A stretch of DNA of 43,245 bases from Methanomassiliicoccales archaeon (GTDB lineage: Archaea; Thermoplasmatota; Thermoplasmata; Methanomassiliicoccales; UBA472), in NCBI GenBank assembly GCA_035518995.1, contig DATIXC010000120.1:1-43245 (forward strand), written 5' to 3'. The notes beneath the pieces are model-generated. The model ran no database searches and was not told the origin of the DNA. It worked only from the letters and a program-made list of their open reading frames with translations. Positions 26,456 to 35,099 of this stretch are shown here, piece after piece (position 1 is the first letter of the stretch; every line of letters starts with the position of its first letter). The position numbers and the translations under genes were made by a program.

Positions 26456-27708
26456 CTCGCCACCTCCCTTGGGTCGGCGATTTCCCCTTTCAGCGCGCTC
26501 GCCGCCACGGTAGCCGGCGATGCCAGGAACACCTCGGCCTCCGGTGACCCCATCCTTCCTCTGAAGTTGCGGTTGGTGGTGGAGATGCACCTCTCGCCGG
26601 CGGCGAGGAGGCCTTCGTGAGCGCCGAGGCACGGCCCGCACCCCGGGTTGAGAATGACCGCTCCGGACCTGGCCAGAGAGGCGATTATGCCGTTCTCGGA
26701 AGCCTCGATGTAAACGTCGCGAGATGCGGGGGCCACGATGAGCCTAACCTTCGGCGACGCCTCCTTCCCCCGGAGGACCTTCTCGGCCTCGGCCAGGTCC
26801 TCCAATCTCCCGTTGGTGCAGGAGCCAATGAACGCTTGATCGATGGGGACGCCAACTGCCTCCTCGACCGCGACCACGTTGTCGACGGCGTGGGGCTTGG
26901 CCACCTGGGGGCCGAGGCGAGACATATCGAACTCCATCGCCTCGAGCACCTTGGCGCTCGGGTCTGATTTCACGGCCTGGCATGCCCTCCCGCGAGCGGC
27001 CAGGAACTCCTTGGTCTTCGTGTCGGGGAAGCAGACGCCGGCCTTGGCGCCCATCTCAACGCTCATGTTGGACAATACCATCCTGCCAGATATAGACAGA
27101 TCGTCCACGGCCTGGCCCACGAACTCCACGCACTTGTAATCGGCGCCGTCCGCCCCCAGGTCGCCGATGACCCTTAGGATCACGTCCTTGGCGGTGGTCC
27201 CGCTAGGCAAGGGTCCGCTCAGGACCAGCCTCAGCGTCTCCGGGACCTTGAGCCAGAGCTCCCCCGTCGCCCACACGGACGCCATCTCCGTGGCGCCGAT
27301 TCCGGTGGAGAAGGCGCCCAGCGCTCCGTACGTGGTGGTATGGGAATCCGTGCCCACGATGAGCATTCCCGGCAGGACATGCCCCTTCTCGGGGAGCACC
27401 TGGTGGCATACCCCGGCGCGGAGATCATAGAAGGTGGGGACGCGGGAGGATCGGACGAACTCCCTCACGGCCTTGTGCCCCTCCGCGGCCTTCACCGTGT
27501 TGGCTGGCACCCGGTGATCGAAAAGCAGTATCACCTTGCTCGGGTCCCACAGTTCCTTACCGCCCATCTCCTGGAAAGCCTTGAGCACCAGGGCGGAGTT
27601 CTCATGCGACATGGCCAGGTCGATCCTGGCGGTCACGATGTCCCCAGCCGAGGCATCCATTCCGCTTGCCCGTGAGAGGACCTTTTCCGCGAAGGTCTTG
27701 GCAGCCAT
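26452..27708 (-). CDS. leuC: 3-isopropylmalate/homoaconitate dehydratase family, large subunit (aconitase fold)
   Basis: MAAKTFAEKVL...DLAMSHE...VGTDSHTTT...GSCTNGR...CGPCLG. First ATG at 27708. Confidence 0.9.
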   Translation of the reverse strand: MAAKTFAEKVLSRASGMDASAGDIVTARIDLAMSHENSALVLKAFQEMGGKELWDPSKVILLFDHRVPANTVKAAEGHKAVREFVRSSRVPTFYDLRAGVCHQVLPEKGHVLPGMLIVGTDSHTTTYGALGAFSTGIGATEMASVWATGELWLKVPETLRLVLSGPLPSGTTAKDVILRVIGDLGADGADYKCVEFVGQAVDDLSISGRMVLSNMSVEMGAKAGVCFPDTKTKEFLAARGRACQAVKSDPSAKVLEAMEFDMSRLGPQVAKPHAVDNVVAVEEAVGVPIDQAFIGSCTNGRLEDLAEAEKVLRGKEASPKVRLIVAPASRDVYIEASENGIIASLARSGAVILNPGCGPCLGAHEGLLAAGERCISTTNRNFRGRMGSPEAEVFLASPATVAASALKGEIADPREVAR

Positions 27709-27768
27709 CAGGTGAGCGAACAAGGATGCCCATTAATAACGATGTTGGTCATGAGGGCGGGACCTGGC

Positions 27769-28176
27769 CTATTGCTTGCCTTCCCGCAGCATGCTGCTGA
27801 GCCGCTGGAAAAGGATCTTCCAGGTCAGGTAACCTACCACCTTCCCGTCCTTGTCCACCACCGGGAGATGGCGAATCTTCTTGGCGGTCATGAGGTCCAG
27901 GGCGGCATCAAGCGTGGTGGTCGGGGAGACGGTGATAACCGGGCTGGTCATAACCTTGTCCACCGTCAAATAGAGGAACTTGGACTGGGACTCTAGATAT
28001 CGGCGCAGCAGGTCCCTCTCGGTGAATATCCCCACCAACTTGCCAGACCTGTCAACCACCAGGACGCTGCCCACGTCCTTCTCCACCATCAGCTCTATGG
28101 CGCTGATCACCGCGTCCTGGGGGTCGACCACCTCCCGCTTGGGGGACATGAGGTCGCGCACCATATGGCCGGTCAT
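27769..28176 (-). CDS. CBS-pair domain protein
   Basis: MTGHMVRDLMSPKREVVDPQDAVISAIELMVEKDVGSVLVVD...VMTSPVITVSPTTTLDAALDLMTAKKIRHLPVVD. Only the 3' 408 nt of the 672-aa track ORF is credible. Confidence 0.85.
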   Translation of the reverse strand: MTGHMVRDLMSPKREVVDPQDAVISAIELMVEKDVGSVLVVDRSGKLVGIFTERDLLRRYLESQSKFLYLTVDKVMTSPVITVSPTTTLDAALDLMTAKKIRHLPVVDKDGKVVGYLTWKILFQRLSSMLREGKQ

Positions 28177-28202
28177 ATCGATGTGTATTGCGTGACGGAT
28201 AC

Positions 28203-28210
28203 CATATAAT
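28203..28210. promoter_or_regulatory. Shared AT-rich TATA element (CATATAAT) between the divergent CBS and RNase J-like genes
   Basis: It lies about 30 nt from the CBS ATG (28176) and about 50 nt from ATG 28258. Confidence 0.4.
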
Positions 28211-28257
28211 GATGCGTCGCCCCTCGGCAGAGATGGCCCTAGCATAGATTCTTGGTG

Positions 28258-29841
28258 ATGGCGGTAGCTAGCTTCCTCACCTTGGAATGGGCGGCGATGG
28301 GGATGGCAAGGGTTACGGTCTTCGATGGCGCGGATTGCATCGGCGGAAACAAGATTCATCTGGAATTCGACGGCAAGGGTCTGTTCTTCGACTTTGGCCA
28401 GAACTACAAGCGCATGAGCGAGTACTACACCGACTTCCTCAAGCCGCGCTCCTCCCGGGGCATCCATGACTTCTTCGAGATGGGACTCATCCCGGACATC
28501 CCTCAGATCCGCCCGGACTCCATCAGCATGGACGTGGACCGAAGCCGCCAGGTCAAGCTGAGGGTCGACGCCCTCTTCGTTTCGCACGCCCACATGGACC
28601 ACATCGGCCACGCAGGGTTCCTGGACTTCAATGTGCCCTTCGTCGCCTCTCCCATGACCGCTGCCATCATGAAGGCCATGAAGGACTGCGGCCAGAGGGG
28701 CTGCGAGTCCGATTGCGTGTACGGCCAGCCGAGGGAGCGGGACCCCGAGGATGGGCGGATCGTCAAGAGCGTCAGGATGAAGAAGGGCGACATGTACCAA
28801 GGAAGGAACTTCCTCCTCACCTCGCCCCCGTCCGAAGAGCTGCGTGAGTTCTGGGAGAAGAGCGTGTACAAATACGAGATCGACGCCGGCGAGTTCTTGG
28901 ACAGGAGCTTTCTGGACTTCGATTTCCGGTCCTTCGATGTCGACCATTCCATCTACGGAGCCACGGCGTTCGCGGTGGAGACCAGCGAGGGCCATGTGGT
29001 CTACACCGGCGACCTGAGGCGACACGGGCGCTATCGCAAGCGCACAGACGACTTCGTAAAGGAGGCGGCGGCCCTCGAGCCAGCGGCGCTGATAATCGAG
29101 GGGACTCGGACCACGAGGGGGGAGGCGGCTGCCTACGTGGATGAGGAGGTGGTAAAGGAGACCTGCCTGGAAGCAGTGAGGGACGAGGGGTCCCTGGTCA
29201 TAGCCGATTTCTCGCCTCGGAACTTCGAGCGCCTTGACACGTTCATGGAGATAGCGCAAGAGACCGAGAGGAGCCTGGTGGTCACGAAGAAGGACGCCTA
29301 CTACCTCCAGGCGATCCAGAAGGTCGACGGCCGGGAGCGCATCGAAGGGGTGAGGGTCTTCGGGGCGCTGAAGGCGCAGGAGAGCGGGGTGGAGGAGGCG
29401 GCCTGCCGCTGCCTGGACGAGGTCCTGGACCCCCGAACGATCGCCGAATCCCCTGAGAAGTACATCCTGTGCTTCTCCTACTTCGACATTGGGAACCTGC
29501 TGGACATCAAGCGAAAGGGCGGCACCTATGTCTACTCCAACAGCGAGGCGTTCAACGAGGAGCAGGTGGTGGATTTTAGGAGATTGAGCAACTGGCTGCA
29601 ATTGTTCCGATTGAAGGTGAAGGGGTTCTCCATGACCGGGGAAAGGGGGAACGAAGAGCCAGTCTTCGATAGGAGGTACCATGCATCGGGCCACGCGTCC
29701 CTGGAGGACCTGGTCGAGGTCATAGGGGAGATAGGAGCGAAGAAGGTGATCCCGGTCCATACGGAGGACCCGATGCCGCTCGGCCATGCGGGCATAAGGA
29801 ATCTGGTGACGGTGGTCTTAGGGAAGTCGATCGAGATCTAG
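28258..29841 (+). CDS. Metallo-beta-lactamase/beta-CASP ribonuclease, RNase J-like
   Basis: VTVFDGADCIGGNKIHLEF...VSHAHMDHIGH...DHSIYGATAFAVETSEGHVVYTGDL...YHASGHAS...VIPVHTE. The start is uncertain (TTG 28252, or ATG at 28258, 28297 or 28303). Confidence 0.8.
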   Translation: MAVASFLTLEWAAMGMARVTVFDGADCIGGNKIHLEFDGKGLFFDFGQNYKRMSEYYTDFLKPRSSRGIHDFFEMGLIPDIPQIRPDSISMDVDRSRQVKLRVDALFVSHAHMDHIGHAGFLDFNVPFVASPMTAAIMKAMKDCGQRGCESDCVYGQPRERDPEDGRIVKSVRMKKGDMYQGRNFLLTSPPSEELREFWEKSVYKYEIDAGEFLDRSFLDFDFRSFDVDHSIYGATAFAVETSEGHVVYTGDLRRHGRYRKRTDDFVKEAAALEPAALIIEGTRTTRGEAAAYVDEEVVKETCLEAVRDEGSLVIADFSPRNFERLDTFMEIAQETERSLVVTKKDAYYLQAIQKVDGRERIEGVRVFGALKAQESGVEEAACRCLDEVLDPRTIAESPEKYILCFSYFDIGNLLDIKRKGGTYVYSNSEAFNEEQVVDFRRLSNWLQLFRLKVKGFSMTGERGNEEPVFDRRYHASGHASLEDLVEVIGEIGAKKVIPVHTEDPMPLGHAGIRNLVTVVLGKSIEI

Positions 29842-30405
29842 ACCTTCAGATCTATCTCGCTCGTCGGACTCGACCTTCTCGTCTCGGGAGGACAGCACGG
29901 AGAAGGCCAGGGCCGAGGAAAGCATGCACGCCTGGTGCATGGCCGCGTCCGACCTGCGCTTCGGTGAGAGCAGGCGGAGACAGAGATCAATGAAGATTGG
30001 GGAGGGGTTGGCCACATCCTCCCCCAGCCGGATGGCGCTTGGAAACGGATGCTCGACGGCGATCTCCGATTCGCGTCGGTCATGGAACCAGCCCAGAGGC
30101 CCAACGGCCACGCTTCCGTCCTGGATATAATGAAGGGCACGCCCTAGGCACCATATGGCATCCTCCTCCCTGCCCTCCAGGTGCGCCATCCTGGCCGTTG
30201 TCAAAAGGCTCCTGATGAAGCGCTTAGATGCCCGATGATGCCTGACCCGACGGCGCCTTAACAAGACGCCCTCCTTGACGACCACCTTGTCGCCTTCCCT
30301 GTCGGGCTGGATCGACCCCTCCCGCAAGACCCTACTCAGGCCCTCCGGAAGGCCCAGCTGGTAGCTCACGGCATCAGCGATCTCCAGATGGCTCTTCCAC
30401 TTCAT
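29818..30405 (-). CDS. Zinc-dependent phospholipase C/P1-nuclease-superfamily protein
   Basis: MKWKSHLEIADAV...LGRALHYIQDGS... shows the N-terminal W-x-x-H and H-Y-x-Q-D motifs typical of this fold. Its 3' end overlaps the convergent RNase J-like gene by 24 nt. Confidence 0.65.
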   Translation of the reverse strand: MKWKSHLEIADAVSYQLGLPEGLSRVLREGSIQPDREGDKVVVKEGVLLRRRRVRHHRASKRFIRSLLTTARMAHLEGREEDAIWCLGRALHYIQDGSVAVGPLGWFHDRRESEIAVEHPFPSAIRLGEDVANPSPIFIDLCLRLLSPKRRSDAAMHQACMLSSALAFSVLSSRDEKVESDERDRSEGLDLDRLP

Positions 30406-30433
30406 CCCGTCCCCGTGACGTGTATATTATGAA

Positions 30434-30443
30434 ATATATAAAA
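30434..30443 (-). promoter_or_regulatory. TATA box (minus strand TTTTATATAT) for the PLC-like gene
   Basis: It lies about 30-38 nt upstream of ATG 30405. Confidence 0.4.
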
Positions 30444-30457
30444 TGATAAGGATGCCC

Positions 30458-31093
30458 TCAGTCGGTCGCCTCGTCCTTGGTCGGGACCTTGCTCCCGTCC
30501 GATGACGATGTCTTCTGCTTTGGAGCCCTCAATCTCCGCCATCCAAAATAAATCAGGACGGCCGCGACGACCAGGAGGGCGATGCCGAGCACCATCAGCT
30601 CAGGGCTCGCCCAATACCCGCCCAGATACTTGCCCGCTCCCTCGATCGGGGATTGGCTGCTCGGCTCACCCCCGGACATGGAAACATATCGGGGCAGCCC
30701 GCTGAGTATAGCGGCGAAGGCCCCGACTATCAGCATCAGGGTGAGCGAGAATACGATGATTATCTTGGTGTTCTCCCCAGGGGAGACCACGTCGCGAGCC
30801 TTCCAGGAAAGGCCGTAGTAGACGAAACCGTGGTCCTCGTAGCGATTGACCAGCTCTCCCTCCTCCAGCTTCTTCAGGTGCCGGTGTACCGCCGCCTTGT
30901 CTATGCTGAGCTGGTCCGCCAGCTGCGCCACCGTCCTCCTCTGGGGGTGGAGGGCCTTGAGTATCTCCATGCGGCTGTCGGAGGCCAGAGCGAATAGGGC
31001 CTTCTTGTCCAGCTCGACCTTCATCTTGTCGCCCCTACCGTAAGAAAAGGAGGATGGGGTGCTTAACCCCTTGTCCGCGCCCGCTTCCATCAT
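30458..31093 (-). CDS. ArsR-like winged-helix regulator fused to two transmembrane segments
   Basis: LFALASDSRMEILKAL...RTVAQLADQLSIDKAAVHRHLKKLEEGELV, then TM segments IIIVFSLTLMLIVGAFAAILSGL and LMVLGIALLVVAAVLIYFGW. ATG 31093 overlaps the upstream stop (ATGA). An alternative ATG is at 31024. Confidence 0.75.
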   Translation of the reverse strand: MMEAGADKGLSTPSSFSYGRGDKMKVELDKKALFALASDSRMEILKALHPQRRTVAQLADQLSIDKAAVHRHLKKLEEGELVNRYEDHGFVYYGLSWKARDVVSPGENTKIIIVFSLTLMLIVGAFAAILSGLPRYVSMSGGEPSSQSPIEGAGKYLGGYWASPELMVLGIALLVVAAVLIYFGWRRLRAPKQKTSSSDGSKVPTKDEATD

Positions 31094-32958
31094 CTTACGG
31101 CTCCGATGGCGGCTACGCTCCCCTCGGCCATTAGGATCGGCATGTAGTCATAGTCGATCTCTTTGTAGACCAGCTTGGCTTGCGCGCTAAGGTCGATCAA
31201 AGAGTTGACGTAGATGGTCGTGTCCGAGATGCCATAGAGCCAGTCCCCGATGAACTGGGTGCGCATCATGTACTCCCCTGGCCCGGGAGCGACGATGCCT
31301 TTAAACGAGATATCGTCATGGCCGATGACGAAGACATAGGCCCCCGAGGTGCAGTTCCAGGAGTAGGGGTCCCAGGAGGAGACGGGTATTATCAGGCTCC
31401 CGGTCAGCGGGTCGAACGTGACCGCCTTGTGGTCCCAGAGGGCTTCGGAGGAGGACCAACCTGGAACGACCAGGCTAGAGAGCTCCTTGGGATTGGCCGG
31501 GTCGGACACGTCGAAGAGGGACAGTTTGATCGACCCGTTCTGCATGCCTATGCCTACCAGCTTATCGTCTCCGACGGGATGCAGGTACGAGGAGAAACCA
31601 GGTATCTCGAGCTGGCCCTGGACCTTCGGAGCGGTCGGGTCGCTGAGGTCGATAACGAAGAGCGGGTCCACCTGCCTGAAGGTCACTAGGTACAGCATGT
31701 CCCCGGAGAAGCGGCATGAGTAGATGCGCTCTCCCGGCGCCAGGTCCTCGAGGGCGCCGACTATGGCGAGGTCGCCGTTCAGGACATACACGGCGTTGCG
31801 CTGGTTCTCCCAGCTGAAGGTGGTGGCCACCCTAAGCAGCCCGTCCCGCTCGTCCATGGAGAACTGGTTGAGCAGGTAGCCAGGCACTTCCCCGCGGGCC
31901 TTTGCCTCCATCCTGAGGCCGTCGAGGGTTATCTTGTAAATGGTGGTCGTGGCGCTGTCCGCGCTCACGGCAACCCCCACGGCGGTCGCGTTGGTGGATT
32001 CGAGCATGCTTACGGTGCCTTCACCGTTCCATCTCTGGTAAGTCAGGTACATGGCATCGGTGGACACGTACACCGTCGAGGCGTATCCGGTCAGTATGGA
32101 GGTGAGGCTGGTCCCCATGCTCCCCACGTCGAGGGCCAGGACGTTCAGGAAGGATGAGGGGTCGCTGCACCCTGGGTCGTAGTGGACATCGGTGATGGAG
32201 ACGTCGCTCGCATCGGCGCCCCACCACTCCTCGGGCAGCGCCACGGCCGAATCAAAGGACCATAGGTAGTGTTGTGTGATCACGTAGACGACGCCATCGC
32301 TCAGGCGGCTGGTCACGCCGTAGCCCGATACCCCGGCCGTTCCGACCAGGGACGGCGTCCCATCGCCGTCCATCGAGAAGACCGAGAGAAGGGTCCTTTC
32401 CTCTGGCATGCGCCAAACGGATGGCGCTAAGACCTTGTACGAATCATTGCCAGCATAGTATGGAAGATAGGGTCCGATCACGGAGACGACGGCCACTAGC
32501 CTCTGATCACTAAGATAGATTCCCTGGATCCATGCCGAATAATTCTCTCCCAGGCCCAGTGCCTGCTTCATGTCGATGGTCGTAACATTGGACAACCGCT
32601 CCGGCGGATAGGCCTTGACGATGGATATCGAACCGCCCGTGGCCATGTACAGGAAATTGCCGTCCGTCTTGACGCAATCTGCCTCATCGACCCCTTCCAC
32701 CTGGACGTTGGTGGTCGAGTGACGGACCGAGTCGCCCCCGGGGCTGCTGCTCGCTGCCTCCATTGGGTAGCTCTTCCAGATGCCGCTTTGCTGGGATTGG
32801 TGCACGAATTCCTGGAATTGATGCTGCGTCCTGAAGGCAGGGAGCATCCCCGAGGCATCGGCATCGTCCGTCGCCGCAAGGATGACGAAACCTCCGGACA
32901 GCATTAGGCCGAAGGCGATCAGGAGCGCGATGATGGCCAAATCTCGTCTTTCGCTCAT
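31090..32958 (-). CDS. Membrane-anchored/secreted beta-propeller domain protein (COG4880 / PF09826-like)
   Basis: N-terminal anchor LAIIALLIAFGLMLSGGFVILAA, then ...NVQVEGVDEADCVKTDGNFLYMA...SIVKAYPPE... and repeated beta-strand-rich blades. Confidence 0.78.
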   Translation of the reverse strand: MSERRDLAIIALLIAFGLMLSGGFVILAATDDADASGMLPAFRTQHQFQEFVHQSQQSGIWKSYPMEAASSSPGGDSVRHSTTNVQVEGVDEADCVKTDGNFLYMATGGSISIVKAYPPERLSNVTTIDMKQALGLGENYSAWIQGIYLSDQRLVAVVSVIGPYLPYYAGNDSYKVLAPSVWRMPEERTLLSVFSMDGDGTPSLVGTAGVSGYGVTSRLSDGVVYVITQHYLWSFDSAVALPEEWWGADASDVSITDVHYDPGCSDPSSFLNVLALDVGSMGTSLTSILTGYASTVYVSTDAMYLTYQRWNGEGTVSMLESTNATAVGVAVSADSATTTIYKITLDGLRMEAKARGEVPGYLLNQFSMDERDGLLRVATTFSWENQRNAVYVLNGDLAIVGALEDLAPGERIYSCRFSGDMLYLVTFRQVDPLFVIDLSDPTAPKVQGQLEIPGFSSYLHPVGDDKLVGIGMQNGSIKLSLFDVSDPANPKELSSLVVPGWSSSEALWDHKAVTFDPLTGSLIIPVSSWDPYSWNCTSGAYVFVIGHDDISFKGIVAPGPGEYMMRTQFIGDWLYGISDTTIYVNSLIDLSAQAKLVYKEIDYDYMPILMAEGSVAAIGAVR

Positions 32959-33008
32959 GCTCTATCGAGCATAGATTCGGGGAAGGGGTATACGTACCGC
33001 TCCTTACT

Positions 33009-33026
33009 GTTGACTTTTTCGTCAAC
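33009..33026. promoter_or_regulatory. Perfect inverted repeat GTTGAC-N6-GTCAAC between divergent promoters; candidate operator
   Basis: Read directly: gttgactttttcgtcaac. It lies 50-68 nt upstream of the beta-propeller ATG and about 52 nt upstream of ATG 33078. Confidence 0.35.
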
Positions 33027-33077
33027 GCCCATCCAAAATGATAATGAGCAGGGATTCGCATCAACGAATGGCGGAAA

Positions 33078-33443
33078 ATGCCTGAAGAGGGTAAGGGTAG
33101 TCAGCGTGCGGGCTTGGCCTTTGGTTACCTGGCCATTTGCGCAGCCGTCGCCATCCTGGTCTCCTGGTACCTGGACGTGTGGTGGTACTTCTTCCCCATC
33201 ATGATGATCGCCGGAGGCACCTATCTCCTAGCGATCGCACTGCTGGCATCGACCGCGTACGGCGCCAAGCGCGGCTCCTATTTCATCTATCTCCTGCTAT
33301 GGGGCGGGCTGCTGCTGGCGCTAGGAGTGATGTGGATCGTGAACGACCTGTACCCGGGCAACGCGATTTTCCTGGTCATATTGTTCCTGGTGTTCATCGG
33401 GGTCGTGGCCATCCTCAGCTATCTCGTTAGAAGGCGGGGATGA
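33078..33443 (+). CDS. Hypothetical small membrane protein (about 4 TM)
   Basis: Hydrophobic segments: GLAFGYLAICAAVAILVSWY, FFPIMMIAGGTYLLAIALLA, FIYLLLWGGLLLALGVMWIV, IFLVILFLVFIGVVAILSYL. Confidence 0.55.
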   Translation: MPEEGKGSQRAGLAFGYLAICAAVAILVSWYLDVWWYFFPIMMIAGGTYLLAIALLASTAYGAKRGSYFIYLLLWGGLLLALGVMWIVNDLYPGNAIFLVILFLVFIGVVAILSYLVRRRG

Positions 33444-33483
33444 GCTCTCGCTCTCGTTGGTCGGGGTTGTTTTTCCCAATCTC

Positions 33484-33490
33484 TATATAA
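33484..33490 (+). promoter_or_regulatory. TATA box (TATATAA) for rubrerythrin
   Basis: It lies about 44 nt upstream of ATG 33531. There is a GGAGG Shine-Dalgarno at 33520-33524. Confidence 0.45.
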
Positions 33491-33530
33491 TGGAAAAGGG
33501 ACATCGGGGCCGATTATCCGGAGGATACCG

Positions 33531-34070
33531 ATGCACGCGATGACAGAGCAATTCATGCACAACGCCTTCGCCGGGGAGTCCATGGCCCATATGCGGTACA
33601 TGGTCTATGCGGAGGCGGCGGATAAGGACGGGTTCAAGAACGTGGCCAGGCTGTTCAGGGCCGTGGCCTTCGCCGAGGAGATCCACGCTACAGGCCACAT
33701 GAGGCGAGCGCCGTTCAAGATGGGGTCGGTAGCGGCCGAGGCCCCGTTCGGGGTCGGCAAGACCGCTGAGAACCTGGCATACGCAGTGGCCGGGGAGACC
33801 TACGAGATCGAGGAGATGTACCCCATCTTCATGGAGACGGCGAAGCTCCAGGGCGAGAAGCTGGCCTTGACTTCGTTCGATTGGGCCTACAGGGCAGAGA
33901 AGGTGCATCAGAAGCTGTACCTGGAAGCCAAAGCACTGGTGGACCAGGGAAAGGACTGGCGCTCATCAACGGTCCAGATCTGCTCGACCTGCGGCTGGAC
34001 GGTCGAAGGGGATGCCCCGGACGTCTGCCCCGTGTGCGGGGCCAAGAAGGCGGCATTCAAGCCTTTCTGA
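33531..34070 (+). CDS. rbr: Rubrerythrin
   Basis: A diiron four-helix region (AFAGESMAHMRY...FAEEIH...AGETYEI...AEKVH) plus a C-terminal rubredoxin-like CSTCG...CPVCG. Confidence 0.92.
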   Translation: MHAMTEQFMHNAFAGESMAHMRYMVYAEAADKDGFKNVARLFRAVAFAEEIHATGHMRRAPFKMGSVAAEAPFGVGKTAENLAYAVAGETYEIEEMYPIFMETAKLQGEKLALTSFDWAYRAEKVHQKLYLEAKALVDQGKDWRSSTVQICSTCGWTVEGDAPDVCPVCGAKKAAFKPF

Positions 34071-34178
34071 GGCCGTGAAGCTCCGAAACCTTTTCATTCC
34101 ATCACCTTGGCCCCGTTTATGCGGGACAGGCATGCGAACACTTATCTGCCGTATCCAATGATACGCTGAGCGAGCGAG

Positions 34179-35099
34179 ATGAGAGACGGACGAGACCTAA
34201 GGAAGCTGGTGGACAGCAAGCGCTTCCTCTTCTTCGGCGGCAAGGGCGGAGTGGGCAAGACCACCATGGCCGCGGCCACGGCCCTATGGCTGGCCGACCA
34301 GGGATACAAGACCTTGGTCATCGCCACCGACCCCACCATATCGCTGTCAGCGACATTCGAGCAGAAGATAGGCGAGACTGAGGTCACCCCGATAAAATGC
34401 TCATGCAATCTCAGCGGGCTGAACATCAACCCCAAGAAGGCCATGGGCGTCTTCCAGAGCAGGATGACAGGGATGATGGAGGGATTCTCATCCCTCTTCG
34501 GCAGCGAGCTTCTCTCCACCCCCTGCACGGAGGAGATCGCCGCGTTCGATCAGTTCGTGTCGTACATGCAGGACACGGAGCATGACAAATTGGTGTTCGA
34601 TACCGCGCCGACCGGGCAAACCCTCAGGGAGCTGAGCATGCCCTTCGACTGGTCAGGATACATATCCAATCAGATCAAGCACCGCCGCGAGCTCTCGGAG
34701 GCCCTTGGCTTCGTATATGACGAGGGGATGATCGAGGACCTAAAGGAAGAGAAGGCCCGATACGATAACGCGGTGAAGGGGCTTGCCGATGAGACTGTGT
34801 CCGCATTCAATATGGTCACCTTGCCCGAGAAGCTGCCGATAGAGGAATCGGCACGGGCCGTGGAGGACCTGGCCAAGTTCGGGATCAAGGTGCCGTCCAT
34901 GATCGTGAACGAGGTGATCCCGCGCAGCGTCCTCGAGGGCAATTGGTTCCTGGAGAGGCGCCGGGCCACCCAAGAGAAGTATCTGGACGAGATCGGGAAG
35001 AGGTTCAAGGAGCTCATCGTGAAGGAGGTGCCCCTCTTCGAGACGGACATCTACGGGGTCGAGAGCCTGCGTAAGGTCGGAGGTCATCTGTATGGCTGA
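34179..35099 (+). CDS. arsA: ArsA/Get3-family anion-transporting/targeting ATPase (single nucleotide-binding domain)
   Basis: FLFFGGKGGVGKTTMAAATALWLA...VIATDPT...PCTEEIAAF...VFDTAPTGQTLREL. Confidence 0.85.
   Translation: MRDGRDLRKLVDSKRFLFFGGKGGVGKTTMAAATALWLADQGYKTLVIATDPTISLSATFEQKIGETEVTPIKCSCNLSGLNINPKKAMGVFQSRMTGMMEGFSSLFGSELLSTPCTEEIAAFDQFVSYMQDTEHDKLVFDTAPTGQTLRELSMPFDWSGYISNQIKHRRELSEALGFVYDEGMIEDLKEEKARYDNAVKGLADETVSAFNMVTLPEKLPIEESARAVEDLAKFGIKVPSMIVNEVIPRSVLEGNWFLERRRATQEKYLDEIGKRFKELIVKEVPLFETDIYGVESLRKVGGHLYG

Noticed and set aside
27769-29787. 672-aa minus-strand ORF, the longest in the track
   Set aside because: Only its last 135 codons (27769-28176) encode a sensible CBS-pair protein with its own ATG and TATA. 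The upstream approximately 1.6 kb is antisense to the motif-bearing RNase J-like gene. It has the Arg/Leu/Val/His/Asp-rich composition typical of stop-free antisense frames in GC-rich DNA.
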